Shown here piece by piece: positions 46,125 through 57,171 of a DNA stretch of 64,000 bases. The stretch lies in NCBI RefSeq assembly GCF_048403405.1, contig NZ_CP183129.1, one strand, 5' to 3'. The stretch comes from Escherichia coli (GTDB lineage: Bacteria > Pseudomonadota > Gammaproteobacteria > Enterobacterales > Enterobacteriaceae). Positions within the stretch are counted from its first letter, which is position 1, and each line of letters begins with the position of its first letter. Position numbers and translations under genes: made by a program. The notes under the pieces were generated by a model. It was given only the letters and a program-made list of their open reading frames with translations, was not told the origin of the DNA and made no database searches.

Positions 46125-46199
46125 TGGGGTATCGCCAAGCGGTAAGGCACCGGTTTTTGATACCGGCATTCCCTGGTTCGAATCCAGGTACCCCAGCCA
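46125..46199 (+). tRNA. glnU: tRNA-Gln (UUG)
   Basis: tggggtatcgccaagcggtaaggcaccggtttTTGataccgg...ccccagcca. Confidence 0.9.
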
Positions 46200-46233
46200 T
46201 CTTCTTCGAGTAAGCGGTTCACCGCCCGGTTAT

Positions 46234-46308
46234 TGGGGTATCGCCAAGCGGTAAGGCACCGGTTTTTGATACCGGCATTCCCTGGTTCGAATCCAGGTAC
46301 CCCAGCCA
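46234..46308 (+). tRNA. glnW: tRNA-Gln (UUG)
   Basis: Identical copy of the previous tRNA-Gln(UUG). Confidence 0.9.
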
Positions 46309-46323
46309 TCGAAGAAACAATCT

Positions 46324-46400
46324 GGCTACGTAGCTCAGTTGGTTAGAGCACATCACTCATAATGATGGGGTCACAGGTTCGAATCCCGTCGTAGCCACCA
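46324..46400 (+). tRNA. metU: tRNA-Met (CAU), elongator
   Basis: Identical copy of the metT sequence. Confidence 0.9.
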
Positions 46401-46448
46401 AATTCTGAATGTGTCGAATATGTTCGGCAAATTCAAAAACCAATTTGT

Positions 46449-46523
46449 TGGGGTATCGCCAAGCGGTAAGGCACCGGATTCTGATTCCGGCATTCCGAGG
46501 TTCGAATCCTCGTACCCCAGCCA
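46449..46523 (+). tRNA. glnV: tRNA-Gln (CUG)
   Basis: tggggtatcgccaagcggtaaggcaccggattCTGattccgg...ccccagcca. Confidence 0.9.
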
Positions 46524-46550
46524 ATTTATTCAAGACGCTTACCTTGTAAG

Positions 46551-46625
46551 TGCACCCAGTTGGGGTATCGCCAAGCGGTAAGGCACCGGATTCTGATTCC
46601 GGCATTCCGAGGTTCGAATCCTCGT
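46551..46625 (+). tRNA. glnX: tRNA-Gln (CUG)
   Basis: Identical copy of the previous tRNA-Gln(CUG). Confidence 0.9.
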
Positions 46626-46629
46626 ACCC

Positions 46630-46662
46630 CAGCCACATTAAAAAAGCTCGCTTCGGCGAGCT
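46630..46662 (+). terminator. Rho-independent terminator of the tRNA operon (aaaaaagctcgcttcggcgagctttttgctttt)
   Basis: Stem gctcgc/gcgagc with ttcg loop and a T-run. Confidence 0.75.
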
Positions 46663-46757
46663 TTTTGCTTTTATGAAATCCGAAAAAATCACCCATACAT
46701 AGTGGTCGTTAATGACCAGTGATACATTGCCTGCCTTCATAACAAAAGGATCTTGCA

Positions 46758-47342
46758 ATGAATTATCAGCTATTCTCACCATTCTTTACCAAAGTCATCA
46801 TGCTGCTTATCGCATTGCTTTGCATTGTTCTTGCCTCATTTGGTATTTCTGCCCCATTTTGTTACATCGTTTTTATCGGCATCATTTTCCCCGTTGCTAT
46901 ATCAATGCGCATACACCGTCTCAATGAAACAGGAACAGCACTCACACTAACCGAAAGCTCACACTGGATCGTTTACATCCATGGTTTTCCAGCTGAGGAA
47001 CAACGTGAAGTTTTGAAAAACCCCTGTTTCTGGTCAACAGAAAGAGTGAAACAGTTTTTCCTTCGCGGTCTTGCTGGCAAGGTTATTCTTCAACTCGCCT
47101 GCCTTGCACTTCTGGTCAATGAATATTTCCGCTCAACACCAGGTTCCGGGCAAGACTTACTCGCAGCAGGCGTGCTGTTTTTTATTTTGTTTTCGATAAG
47201 CAAAAATTTCTGGACGATGTATCTTCTCGCCACAGATAAATGGCAGTGCGAATCCCTGACCACCACCAGCGGTAGCCTTTGGTATCAGGGATTTCTGTGT
47301 AAAGGAAACAGAAGAGTTACGCTGTTTTCGCGGCTGGTGTAA
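46758..47342 (+). CDS. Hypothetical small membrane protein in an AT-rich tRNA-adjacent segment
   Basis: 194-aa ORF with two or three hydrophobic segments at the N-terminus (LLIALLCIVLASFGISAPFCYIVFIGIIFPVAI); convergent with ubiF with a 6-bp gap. The composition is visibly more AT-rich than its neighbours. I do not recognise the product. Confidence 0.45.
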   Translation: MNYQLFSPFFTKVIMLLIALLCIVLASFGISAPFCYIVFIGIIFPVAISMRIHRLNETGTALTLTESSHWIVYIHGFPAEEQREVLKNPCFWSTERVKQFFLRGLAGKVILQLACLALLVNEYFRSTPGSGQDLLAAGVLFFILFSISKNFWTMYLLATDKWQCESLTTTSGSLWYQGFLCKGNRRVTLFSRLV

Positions 47343-47348
47343 CAGCTA

Positions 47349-48524
47349 CTACAACCCTAACGCATATTTCAGCGCCTGACGTTTCAACATGCCAGCACGC
47401 TCCGCCGCCATCAAACCAAGATTACGCACAAAACGCAGTGGTGGCAGATTATTGCTGAATCCGGCATAGAACAGATCCATACCGCTCTGCATAATGAAGT
47501 TATCCGCCATGCGCCGCATCTGGTAACGCTTGAGGATCGGATAACTGGCCCACGCTTCGCCATAGCTGCGAGCGTTGACCAGAACGTCAATCAGGGCATC
47601 GACATCACGATAACCAAGATTCACCCCCTGCCCCGCCAGCGGATGGATGGTATGCGCGGCATCGCCCACCAGCGCAAGCCCCGGCTGCACATACTGCAAC
47701 GCATGGCGGCGCGTCAGCGGAAAAGCGCCAGCGGCAAGCGGTGTTACATACCCAAGACGCGACGGGAAATGCTTCGCGATTTCCGCCTGTAACTGCGCCA
47801 TATTCATATTCTGCAACTGGCGAATGCGTGCCGGAGAGTCATACCACACCAGCGATGCCCAGTTATCAAACAACGGCAGAAACGCACGAGGTCCATCCGG
47901 GGTAAATTGCTGCCAGGTGCTGTCGCCGGGATCGTTCTCACACTGTACGCTAATTAACATACACGACTGTGCATACTGCCAGGCATGAACGCCAATTCCC
48001 GCCATCTGCCGCACCTGGGAATTTGCGCCGTCGGCACCAATCACCAGCTTCGCGCGGATCGTTTCACCGCCCTTCAGTTCCAGCTCCTGAAGATCATTAT
48101 GGCGATGCAGCGCAATCAGCGAGCCTGGCACACGTAACGTTACTTTCGGATGCGCTTCCAGCGCCTGCCACAGCGCCTGTTGCAGAACAGTGTTTTCCAC
48201 CATGTAGCCAAGCACAGGCAGCTTTAATTCGGCTGCATCAAACACCACATGCGCCGTTTCCCACTCCCAAGTTTCCAGTCTGCGGTAAGGATGGCAACGC
48301 ATAGCCTGTACCGCGTCCCAGACGCCTAAACCTTTAAGCAATGATACCGAAGCCGCACTGATCGCCGAGATCCGCACGTCCGGCTGGCTATCAACAACAA
48401 ACGTCGCAGATTGGGCATGTTCGATAACCGTTACCGAAAATCCGTGCTGAGCCAGTCCCAGCGCCAGTGCGCCGCCGACCATTCCTCCGCCGACAATGGC
48501 AATTTCCGTTGGTTGATTTGTCAT
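47349..48524 (-). CDS. ubiF: 2-octaprenyl-3-methyl-6-methoxy-1,4-benzoquinol hydroxylase (flavin monooxygenase)
   Basis: Start set at MTNQPTEIAIVGGGMVGGALALG (FAD GxGxxG fold); about 391 aa. The track ORF begins 2 codons upstream at a TTG. Confidence 0.93.
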   Translation of the reverse strand: MTNQPTEIAIVGGGMVGGALALGLAQHGFSVTVIEHAQSATFVVDSQPDVRISAISAASVSLLKGLGVWDAVQAMRCHPYRRLETWEWETAHVVFDAAELKLPVLGYMVENTVLQQALWQALEAHPKVTLRVPGSLIALHRHNDLQELELKGGETIRAKLVIGADGANSQVRQMAGIGVHAWQYAQSCMLISVQCENDPGDSTWQQFTPDGPRAFLPLFDNWASLVWYDSPARIRQLQNMNMAQLQAEIAKHFPSRLGYVTPLAAGAFPLTRRHALQYVQPGLALVGDAAHTIHPLAGQGVNLGYRDVDALIDVLVNARSYGEAWASYPILKRYQMRRMADNFIMQSGMDLFYAGFSNNLPPLRFVRNLGLMAAERAGMLKRQALKYALGL

Positions 48525-48669
48525 GGTCAATCATCCTGTTAGCAATATGCTTTAAGTTTACAGGATTTTTACCCCTAAGGGCTGATAACGCTCATACTGG
48601 TCACAACGGCAGCAAAGCATTACACTATGCGCCCTGCATTCCTGGCTACTATTTCGCAAGAGCAAGTCG

Positions 48670-50094
48670 ATGACCAAAAAACTCCATATTAAAACCTGGG
48701 GCTGTCAGATGAACGAGTACGATTCATCGAAGATGGCCGATCTGCTGGATGCCACCCACGGCTATCAACTGACCGACGTGGCGGAAGAAGCGGATGTGCT
48801 GCTGCTGAACACCTGCTCAATCCGCGAGAAGGCTCAGGAAAAAGTCTTCCATCAGTTGGGTCGCTGGAAACTGTTAAAAGAGAAGAATCCAGACCTGATT
48901 ATCGGCGTCGGCGGCTGCGTGGCATCGCAAGAAGGTGAGCACATTCGCCAGCGCGCCCACTATGTCGATATTATTTTTGGGCCGCAAACGCTGCACCGTC
49001 TGCCGGAGATGATCAACTCCGTGCGCGGCGACCGCAGCCCGGTTGTAGATATCAGCTTCCCGGAAATCGAGAAGTTTGACCGTCTGCCGGAACCGCGTGC
49101 CGAAGGGCCGACCGCGTTTGTCTCCATCATGGAAGGCTGCAATAAATATTGCACCTACTGCGTAGTGCCTTACACCCGTGGTGAAGAGGTAAGCCGTCCG
49201 TCCGACGATATTCTGTTTGAGATCGCCCAGCTTGCGGCTCAGGGCGTGCGTGAAGTCAACCTGCTCGGTCAGAACGTGAACGCCTGGCGTGGTGAAAACT
49301 ACGACGGCACCACCGGATCGTTTGCCGATCTGCTGCGTCTGGTTGCGGCGATCGACGGGATCGATCGTATTCGCTTTACCACCAGCCATCCGATCGAATT
49401 CACCGACGATATCATCGAAGTGTACCGCGACACGCCGGAGCTGGTGAGCTTCCTGCATCTGCCGGTACAGAGCGGTTCCGATCGCATTCTGAACCTGATG
49501 GGACGTACCCATACAGCGCTGGAGTACAAAGCGATCATCCGTAAGCTGCGTGCGGCGCGTCCGGATATTCAGATCAGTTCTGACTTCATCGTTGGCTTCC
49601 CTGGCGAAACCACCGAAGACTTCGAGAAAACGATGAAGCTGATTGCCGACGTCAATTTCGACATGAGCTACAGCTTTATCTTCTCCGCTCGTCCAGGTAC
49701 ACCAGCCGCCGATATGGTTGATGATGTTCCGGAAGAAGAGAAGAAGCAGCGTCTGTATATTCTGCAAGAGCGCATTAACCAGCAAGCGATGGCATGGAGC
49801 CGCCGGATGCTCGGCACCACCCAGCGTATTCTGGTAGAAGGTACATCGCGTAAGAGCATCATGGAGCTTTCCGGGCGTACCGAAAATAACCGCGTGGTCA
49901 ACTTCGAGGGCACACCGGATATGATCGGTAAATTCGTCGATGTAGAAATTACCGACGTCTACCCGAACTCTCTGCGCGGTAAAGTGGTGCGTACTGAAGA
50001 TGAAATGGGTCTGCGCGTGGCAGAAACACCAGAATCGGTGATTGCCCGTACCCGCAAAGAAAACGACCTTGGCGTGGGTTATTATCAGCCGTAA
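48670..50094 (+). CDS. miaB: tRNA-i6A37 methylthiotransferase
   Basis: 474 aa; radical-SAM CxxxCxxC (CNKYCTYC) plus N-terminal MTTase Cys residues and TRAM domain. Confidence 0.95.
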
Positions 50095-50246
50095 TTCTCA
50101 GGCCCGCCGTTCCGGTGGGCCTTGTTTTTTCTCTCTTTATCCCCATCTTTATTGCAATGCTTGCGCCTTTTTCCTGTGGCGTGAATAATTTCCTTATAGG
50201 CCGGTGAATGTTCAGCTTCCGGCGGCATACAGATAAGAGGAACGGT

Positions 50247-51287
50247 TTGAACATAGACACTCGCGAAATCACCCTGGAGCCAGCAGACAATGCGCGTCTG
50301 TTGAGCCTGTGCGGCCCGTTTGATGACAACATCAAACAACTCGAACGCCGTCTCGGCATCGAGATCAATCGCCGCGATAACCACTTTAAACTGACCGGCC
50401 GTCCGATTTGCGTCACCGCTGCGGCAGACATTCTGCGTAGCCTGTATGTCGATACCGCCCCGATGCGCGGTCAGATTCAGGATATCGAACCGGAACAGAT
50501 CCACCTTGCGATTAAAGAAGCGCGAGTACTGGAGCAAAGCGCGGAGAGCGTGCCGGAGTACGGCAAAGCGGTCAATATCAAAACCAAACGCGGCGTAATT
50601 AAGCCGCGCACACCAAACCAGGCGCAGTACATCGCCAATATTCTCGACCATGACATCACCTTCGGCGTTGGCCCGGCGGGTACGGGTAAAACCTACCTGG
50701 CAGTGGCTGCGGCAGTTGATGCCCTGGAGCGTCAGGAAATTCGCCGTATTCTGCTGACTCGTCCGGCGGTAGAAGCCGGTGAGAAACTGGGCTTCCTGCC
50801 TGGCGATTTAAGCCAGAAAGTAGATCCGTATCTGCGCCCGCTGTACGACGCGCTGTTTGAAATGCTGGGCTTTGAGAAAGTCGAGAAACTGATTGAGCGC
50901 AACGTTATTGAAGTCGCGCCGCTGGCCTATATGCGTGGTCGTACGCTGAATGACGCCTTTATCATTCTCGATGAGAGCCAGAACACCACCATCGAACAGA
51001 TGAAGATGTTCCTGACCCGTATCGGTTTTAACTCAAAAGCGGTTATCACCGGCGACGTCACACAGATCGACCTGCCGCGTAATACTAAATCAGGCTTACG
51101 TCACGCCATCGAAGTGCTGGCCGATGTTGAAGAGATCAGCTTTAACTTCTTCCACAGCGAAGACGTGGTTCGTCACCCGGTGGTGGCGCGTATCGTTAAC
51201 GCTTATGAAGCCTGGGAAGAAGCAGAACAAAAACGTAAAGCGGCGCTGGCAGCAGAACGCAAGCGCGAAGAACAGGAACAAAAATGA
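50247..51287 (+). CDS. ybeZ: PhoH-like ATPase YbeZ
   Basis: Walker A GPAGTGKT. Start tentatively placed at the TTG (…[11 protein letters not shown]) preceded by AAGAGG; an in-frame ATG at 50208 is the alternative. Confidence 0.85.
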   Translation: MNIDTREITLEPADNARLLSLCGPFDDNIKQLERRLGIEINRRDNHFKLTGRPICVTAAADILRSLYVDTAPMRGQIQDIEPEQIHLAIKEARVLEQSAESVPEYGKAVNIKTKRGVIKPRTPNQAQYIANILDHDITFGVGPAGTGKTYLAVAAAVDALERQEIRRILLTRPAVEAGEKLGFLPGDLSQKVDPYLRPLYDALFEMLGFEKVEKLIERNVIEVAPLAYMRGRTLNDAFIILDESQNTTIEQMKMFLTRIGFNSKAVITGDVTQIDLPRNTKSGLRHAIEVLADVEEISFNFFHSEDVVRHPVVARIVNAYEAWEEAEQKRKAALAAERKREEQEQK

Positions 51288-51751
51288 GTCAGGTGATCCT
51301 CGATTTACAACTGGCATGTGAAGATAATTCCGGGTTACCGGAAGAGAGCCAGTTTCAAACATGGCTGAATGCGGTGATCCCGCAGTTTCAGGAAGAGTCG
51401 GAAGTGACTATTCGCGTGGTCGATACCGCCGAAAGCCACAGTCTGAATCTGACCTATCGCGGTAAGGATAAGCCGACCAACGTGCTCTCCTTCCCGTTTG
51501 AAGTGCCGCCTGGCATGGAAATGTCGCTACTGGGCGATCTGGTTATCTGCCGTCAGGTGGTTGAGAAGGAAGCTCAGGAGCAAGGCAAACCACTGGAGGC
51601 GCACTGGGCGCATATGGTGGTGCACGGCAGTCTGCATTTGTTAGGTTACGATCACATCGAAGATGACGAAGCAGAAGAAATGGAAGCCATCGAAACAGAG
51701 ATTATGCTTGCTCTGGGCTATGAGGATCCGTACATTGCCGAGAAAGAATAA
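51284..51751 (+). CDS. ybeY: Endoribonuclease YbeY (16S rRNA maturation)
   Basis: 155 aa; HxxxH metal motif in [11 protein letters not shown]; 4-nt overlap with ybeZ. Confidence 0.95.
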   Translation: MSQVILDLQLACEDNSGLPEESQFQTWLNAVIPQFQEESEVTIRVVDTAESHSLNLTYRGKDKPTNVLSFPFEVPPGMEMSLLGDLVICRQVVEKEAQEQGKPLEAHWAHMVVHGSLHLLGYDHIEDDEAEEMEAIETEIMLALGYEDPYIAEKE

Positions 51752-51840
51752 TTTGCCAGGCATTTGACTGGCAGACGTCCCCGCCGTTGGTGATTAACGA
51801 CGGCGTTTTGATTAACTAACATGAGAACCCATACGACGCC

Positions 51841-52719
51841 ATGAGCGACGACAATTCACACAGTAGTGACACGATAAGCAACAAGAAGGGATTTTTCTCC
51901 CTGTTACTCAGCCAACTTTTCCACGGTGAACCGAAAAACCGTGACGAACTGCTGGCGCTGATCCGTGATTCCGGGCAGAACGACCTTATCGACGAAGATA
52001 CGCGCGATATGCTCGAAGGGGTGATGGACATCGCAGACCAACGCGTCCGCGACATCATGATCCCCCGCTCCCAGATGATTACCCTGAAACGCAACCAGAC
52101 GCTGGACGAATGCCTTGATGTCATCATCGAGTCCGCCCACTCACGTTTCCCGGTGATTAGCGAAGACAAAGATCACATTGAAGGGATTCTGATGGCGAAA
52201 GACTTGCTGCCGTTTATGCGCAGCGATGCTGAAGCCTTCAGCATGGACAAAGTGTTACGTCAGGCGGTTGTCGTTCCTGAAAGTAAGCGCGTAGACCGGA
52301 TGCTGAAAGAGTTTCGCTCTCAGCGTTACCACATGGCGATCGTCATTGACGAATTCGGTGGGGTTTCCGGTCTGGTGACCATTGAAGACATCCTGGAACT
52401 GATTGTTGGTGAGATTGAAGACGAGTATGACGAAGAAGATGATATCGACTTCCGTCAGCTGAGTCGTCATACCTGGACCGTGCGCGCACTGGCTTCCATC
52501 GAAGATTTCAACGAAGCGTTCGGCACCCACTTTAGCGATGAAGAGGTTGACACTATCGGTGGTCTGGTGATGCAGGCATTTGGGCATCTTCCGGCGCGTG
52601 GCGAAACCATCGACATCGACGGTTACCAGTTCAAAGTGGCGATGGCCGACAGTCGGCGTATTATTCAGGTTCATGTCAAAATCCCGGATGACTCACCCCA
52701 GCCGAAGCTGGATGAATAA
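51841..52719 (+). CDS. corC: CBS-domain Mg/Co efflux-associated protein CorC (YbeX)
   Basis: 292 aa with tandem CBS domains and C-terminal CorC/HlyC transporter-associated domain. Confidence 0.93.
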   Translation: MSDDNSHSSDTISNKKGFFSLLLSQLFHGEPKNRDELLALIRDSGQNDLIDEDTRDMLEGVMDIADQRVRDIMIPRSQMITLKRNQTLDECLDVIIESAHSRFPVISEDKDHIEGILMAKDLLPFMRSDAEAFSMDKVLRQAVVVPESKRVDRMLKEFRSQRYHMAIVIDEFGGVSGLVTIEDILELIVGEIEDEYDEEDDIDFRQLSRHTWTVRALASIEDFNEAFGTHFSDEEVDTIGGLVMQAFGHLPARGETIDIDGYQFKVAMADSRRIIQVHVKIPDDSPQPKLDE

Positions 52720-52743
52720 AACCGAAACTGGATAGATAACTAC

Positions 52744-54282
52744 ATGGCTTTTGCCTCATTAATTGAACGCCAGCGCATTCGCCTGCTGCTGGCGTTATTA
52801 TTCGGTGCCTGCGGAACGCTGGCCTTCTCTCCTTACGACGTCTGGTCTGCGGCGATTATTTCGCTGATGGGGCTTCAGGCGCTGACCTTTAACCGCCGTC
52901 CACTCCAGTCTGCCGCTATTGGCTTTTGCTGGGGATTTGGCCTCTTTGGCAGCGGTATTAACTGGGTCTATGTCAGCATCGCGACTTTTGGCGGAATGCC
53001 TGGCCCGGTTAACATCTTCCTGGTGGTACTGCTGGCGGCGTATTTGTCGCTGTATACCGGATTATTTGCTGGCGTGCTGTCGCGTCTGTGGCCGAAAACC
53101 ACCTGGCTGCGCGTGGCGATTGCCGCCCCTGCTCTCTGGCAAGTGACCGAGTTTCTGCGCGGTTGGGTGCTGACTGGTTTCCCGTGGTTACAGTTCGGCT
53201 ATAGCCAGATTGATGGCCCGTTAAAAGGGCTGGCACCGATAATGGGCGTGGAAGCCATTAACTTCCTGCTAATGATGGTTAGCGGCCTGCTGGCACTGGC
53301 GTTGGTCAAACGCAACTGGCGTCCGATGGTGGTGGCCGTCGTGCTGTTCGCCCTTCCCTTCCCGCTGCGTTACATCCAGTGGTTTACCCCGCAACCGGAG
53401 AAAACCATTCAGGTTTCGATGGTTCAGGGCGATATTCCGCAATCGCTGAAGTGGGACGAAAGCCAGCTTCTTAATACGCTGAAAATTTATTACAACGCGA
53501 CGGCACCGCTGATGGGCAAATCGTCGCTGATTATCTGGCCGGAGTCGGCGATAACCGATCTGGAAATTAATCAGCAACCGTTCCTCAAAGCACTGGACGG
53601 TGAGTTGCGCGATAAAGGTAGCTCGCTGGTCACCGGGATTGTCGACGCGCGTCTCAATAAGCAGAACCGCTACGATACCTACAACACCATCATCACGCTG
53701 GGGAAAGGTGCGCCGTACAGCTACGAATCAGCCGATCGCTATAACAAAAACCATCTGGTGCCGTTTGGCGAGTTTGTCCCGCTGGAGTCGATTCTGCGTC
53801 CGTTAGCGCCGTTCTTTGATCTGCCGATGTCGTCGTTCAGCCGTGGGCCATATATCCAGCCGCTGCTGTCGGTAAACGGTATTGAGCTTACTGCGGCTAT
53901 TTGCTACGAGATCATTCTTGGCGAGCAAGTGCGTGATAACTTCCGCCCGGATACCGACTACCTGCTGACTATCTCCAACGATGCGTGGTTTGGTAAATCT
54001 ATTGGTCCATGGCAACACTTCCAGATGGCGCGAATGCGTGCGCTGGAGTTGGCGCGCCCGCTACTGCGCAGCACCAATAACGGCATTACGGCGGTGATTG
54101 GCCCGCAGGGTGAGATTCAGGCGATGATCCCGCAATTCACCCGCGAAGTATTAACCACTAACGTGACGCCGACTACCGGACTCACACCGTACGCACGTAC
54201 CGGCAACTGGCCGCTGTGGGTACTGACGGCATTGTTTGGTTTTGCTGCTGTGCTGATGAGCCTGCGTCAACGACGTAAATAA
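52744..54282 (+). CDS. lnt: Apolipoprotein N-acyltransferase
   Basis: 512 aa; N-terminal membrane domain and C-terminal nitrilase-fold domain. Confidence 0.95.
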   Translation: MAFASLIERQRIRLLLALLFGACGTLAFSPYDVWSAAIISLMGLQALTFNRRPLQSAAIGFCWGFGLFGSGINWVYVSIATFGGMPGPVNIFLVVLLAAYLSLYTGLFAGVLSRLWPKTTWLRVAIAAPALWQVTEFLRGWVLTGFPWLQFGYSQIDGPLKGLAPIMGVEAINFLLMMVSGLLALALVKRNWRPMVVAVVLFALPFPLRYIQWFTPQPEKTIQVSMVQGDIPQSLKWDESQLLNTLKIYYNATAPLMGKSSLIIWPESAITDLEINQQPFLKALDGELRDKGSSLVTGIVDARLNKQNRYDTYNTIITLGKGAPYSYESADRYNKNHLVPFGEFVPLESILRPLAPFFDLPMSSFSRGPYIQPLLSVNGIELTAAICYEIILGEQVRDNFRPDTDYLLTISNDAWFGKSIGPWQHFQMARMRALELARPLLRSTNNGITAVIGPQGEIQAMIPQFTREVLTTNVTPTTGLTPYARTGNWPLWVLTALFGFAAVLMSLRQRRK

Positions 54283-54381
54283 TCCCTTCTTATCGTGCCG
54301 GAATACATCCCGTATTTCGGCACGCTCACCGGATGCGGCATCAGTGCGTTATCCGGATAACAAAATTCCCCTATCCAACTT

Positions 54382-54397
54382 TGGCACATCTATTGCT
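54382..54397 (+). promoter_or_regulatory. Sigma-54-like -24/-12 element (TGGCAC-N5-TTGCT) upstream of gltI - tentative
   Basis: Good match to the consensus TGGCACG-N4-TTGCW read in sequence, but it lies about 280 bp upstream of the gltI start, so assignment is uncertain. Confidence 0.3.
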
Positions 54398-54678
54398 TTG
54401 TTATACAAGGCAAAGCTTGAACCAGCATCAGTACAACCCGGTTGCACCACAGCAATCCACGGGTAGCACCAAAAGAGTGCATTTTAAGAATTTTGCTTCG
54501 GAATGGTGCGGCGCATCTCGCAAAAACAAACAATAAAACAGCAATATCTTTACATTTAACCAAACTAAATGTTACCTAACAGGCACAACACTGCACAATA
54601 AAGTTGCAGACGATAACAACACAAACACTCACAACAGGTATCCATGCGTTCTTAACGCAGAAGATAAAGGAGTTGGAT

Positions 54679-55587
54679 ATGCAATTACGTAAACCTGCCA
54701 CAGCAATCCTCGCCCTGGCGCTTTCCGCAGGACTGGCACAGGCAGATGACGCCGCCCCGGCAGCGGGCAGTACGCTGGACAAAATCGCCAAAAACGGTGT
54801 GATTGTCGTCGGTCACCGTGAATCTTCAGTACCTTTCTCTTATTACGACAATCAGCAAAAAGTGGTGGGTTACTCGCAGGATTACTCCAACGCCATTGTT
54901 GAAGCAGTGAAAAAGAAACTCAACAAACCGGACTTGCAGGTGAAACTGATTCCGATCACCTCACAAAACCGTATTCCACTGCTGCAAAACGGCACTTTCG
55001 ATTTTGAATGTGGTTCCACCACCAATAACGTCGAACGCCAAAAACAGGCGGCTTTCTCTGACACTATTTTCGTGGTCGGTACGCGCCTGCTGACCAAAAA
55101 GGGCGGCGATATCAAAGATTTTGCCGACCTGAAAGACAAAGCCGTAGTCGTCACTTCCGGCACTACCTCTGAAGTTTTGCTCAACAAACTGAATGAAGAG
55201 CAAAAAATGAATATGCGCATCATCAGCGCCAAAGATCACGGTGACTCTTTCCGCACCCTGGAAAGCGGTCGTGCCGTTGCCTTTATGATGGATGATGCCC
55301 TGCTGGCCGGTGAACGTGCGAAAGCGAAGAAACCAGACAACTGGGAAATCGTCGGCAAGCCGCAGTCTCAGGAAGCCTACGGTTGTATGTTGCGTAAAGA
55401 TGATCCGCAGTTCAAAAAGCTGATGGATGACACCATCGCTCAGGTGCAGACCTCCGGTGAAGCGGAAAAATGGTTTGATAAATGGTTCAAAAATCCAATT
55501 CCGCCGAAAAACCTGAACATGAATTTCGAACTGTCAGACGAAATGAAAGCACTGTTCAAAGAACCGAATGACAAAGCACTGAACTAA
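54679..55587 (+). CDS. gltI: Glutamate/aspartate ABC transporter periplasmic binding protein
   Basis: Start set at MQLRKPATAILALALSAGLAQA (signal peptide), 302 aa; the track ORF is a 25-codon upstream extension. Confidence 0.95.
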   Translation: MQLRKPATAILALALSAGLAQADDAAPAAGSTLDKIAKNGVIVVGHRESSVPFSYYDNQQKVVGYSQDYSNAIVEAVKKKLNKPDLQVKLIPITSQNRIPLLQNGTFDFECGSTTNNVERQKQAAFSDTIFVVGTRLLTKKGGDIKDFADLKDKAVVVTSGTTSEVLLNKLNEEQKMNMRIISAKDHGDSFRTLESGRAVAFMMDDALLAGERAKAKKPDNWEIVGKPQSQEAYGCMLRKDDPQFKKLMDDTIAQVQTSGEAEKWFDKWFKNPIPPKNLNMNFELSDEMKALFKEPNDKALN

Positions 55588-55589
55588 TT

Positions 55590-55744
55590 ACAAGAACCAG
55601 GGGCGGAAATTCCAGCCCTCTCGATTGTTACGTAGCACGGACAGACTATACGCCTGATGGTCGTTCCCCATCGGGCCTGAAAACCGCAATACGCTGGGTA
55701 ACAATCTTCGAGGGTAGCAGTTAACGCTGCTACCCTCTTTTTTC
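55590..55744 (+). ncRNA. sroC: SroC-like sRNA region in the gltI-gltJ spacer
   Basis: The 169-bp gltI-gltJ intergenic region ends in a strong hairpin plus T-run (agggtagcagttaacgctgctaccctctttttt) just 12 bp before the gltJ ATG. This matches the known SroC location; exact boundaries are not determinable from sequence. Confidence 0.45.
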
Positions 55745-55756
55745 TGGAGTAGATTT

Positions 55757-56497
55757 ATGTCTATAGACTGGAACTGGGGTATTTTTTTACAACAAGCCCC
55801 GTTCGGCAACACCACCTATCTTGGTTGGATCTGGAGTGGTTTTCAGGTGACGATCGCTTTGTCGATCTGCGCCTGGATTATCGCTTTCCTCGTCGGTTCA
55901 TTTTTCGGCATTTTACGTACCGTTCCAAACCGTTTTCTCTCCGGTCTGGGTACGTTGTATGTCGAACTGTTCCGCAACGTGCCGTTGATTGTGCAATTCT
56001 TTACCTGGTATCTGGTGATCCCGGAGCTGCTGCCGGAGAAAATCGGCATGTGGTTTAAGGCCGAGCTGGATCCCAATATTCAGTTTTTCCTTTCATCCAT
56101 GCTCTGCCTGGGGCTGTTTACCGCCGCCCGTGTTTGCGAACAGGTACGCGCCGCGATCCAGTCGCTGCCGCGAGGGCAAAAAAATGCCGCGCTGGCGATG
56201 GGCCTGACGCTACCGCAGGCTTATCGATACGTACTGTTGCCTAATGCTTATCGCGTTATCGTCCCGCCGATGACCTCCGAGATGATGAACCTGGTGAAAA
56301 ACTCTGCCATCGCCTCGACTATTGGTCTGGTGGATATGGCGGCGCAGGCGGGTAAATTGCTTGATTACTCAGCCCACGCCTGGGAGTCGTTTACCGCCAT
56401 CACGCTGGCGTATGTATTGATTAACGCTTTTATCATGCTGGTGATGACGCTGGTTGAACGTAAAGTTCGCCTGCCTGGCAACATGGGGGGCAAATAA
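55757..56497 (+). CDS. gltJ: Glutamate/aspartate ABC transporter permease
   Basis: 246-aa polytopic membrane protein with ABC permease EAA-type loop. Confidence 0.93.
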
Positions 56498-57171
56498 TGT
56501 ACGAGTTTGACTGGAGTTCCATTGTCCCTTCCCTGCCATATCTGCTCGACGGGCTGGTGATCACGCTGAAAATCACCGTCACAGCAGTCGTGATTGGTAT
56601 TTTGTGGGGCACCATGCTGGCGGTGATGCGCTTGTCCAGCTTTGCGCCCGTAGCGTGGTTTGCCAAAGCCTACGTTAACGTATTCCGCTCGATTCCTTTA
56701 GTTATGGTTTTGCTGTGGTTTTACCTGATCGTGCCGGGTTTTCTGCAAAACGTACTGGGATTATCACCAAAAAATGACATCCGTTTAATTTCGGCGATGG
56801 TGGCGTTTTCGATGTTTGAAGCAGCCTACTATTCAGAGATTATCCGTGCCGGTATTCAAAGTATTTCCCGTGGTCAGTCGAGCGCCGCGCTGGCGTTGGG
56901 GATGACTCACTGGCAGTCGATGAAACTGATTATTCTGCCGCAGGCTTTCCGCGCGATGGTGCCGCTGCTGCTCACTCAGGGCATCGTACTGTTCCAGGAT
57001 ACCTCACTGGTGTATGTGTTATCTCTGGCCGATTTCTTCCGTACCGCTTCAACCATTGGTGAGCGTGATGGTACGCAGGTCGAGATGATCCTGTTTGCCG
57101 GATTTGTTTATTTCGTTATTAGCCTTAGCGCGTCGTTGTTGGTCAGCTACTTGAAAAGAAGGACAGCTTAA
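56497..57171 (+). CDS. gltK: Glutamate/aspartate ABC transporter permease
   Basis: 224 aa; start overlaps the gltJ stop by 1 nt. Confidence 0.93.

Noticed and set aside
45932-46625. Possible CRISPR array suggested by regularly spaced ~75-nt repeats
   Set aside because: The repeats are complete tRNA genes with cloverleaf structure and CCA ends; spacers are irregular and no cas genes are nearby.
45553-47348. Possible tRNA-integrated prophage or integrative element
   Set aside because: No integrase, excisionase or direct repeat of a tRNA 3' end was found; only one small unassigned ORF lies next to the cluster.
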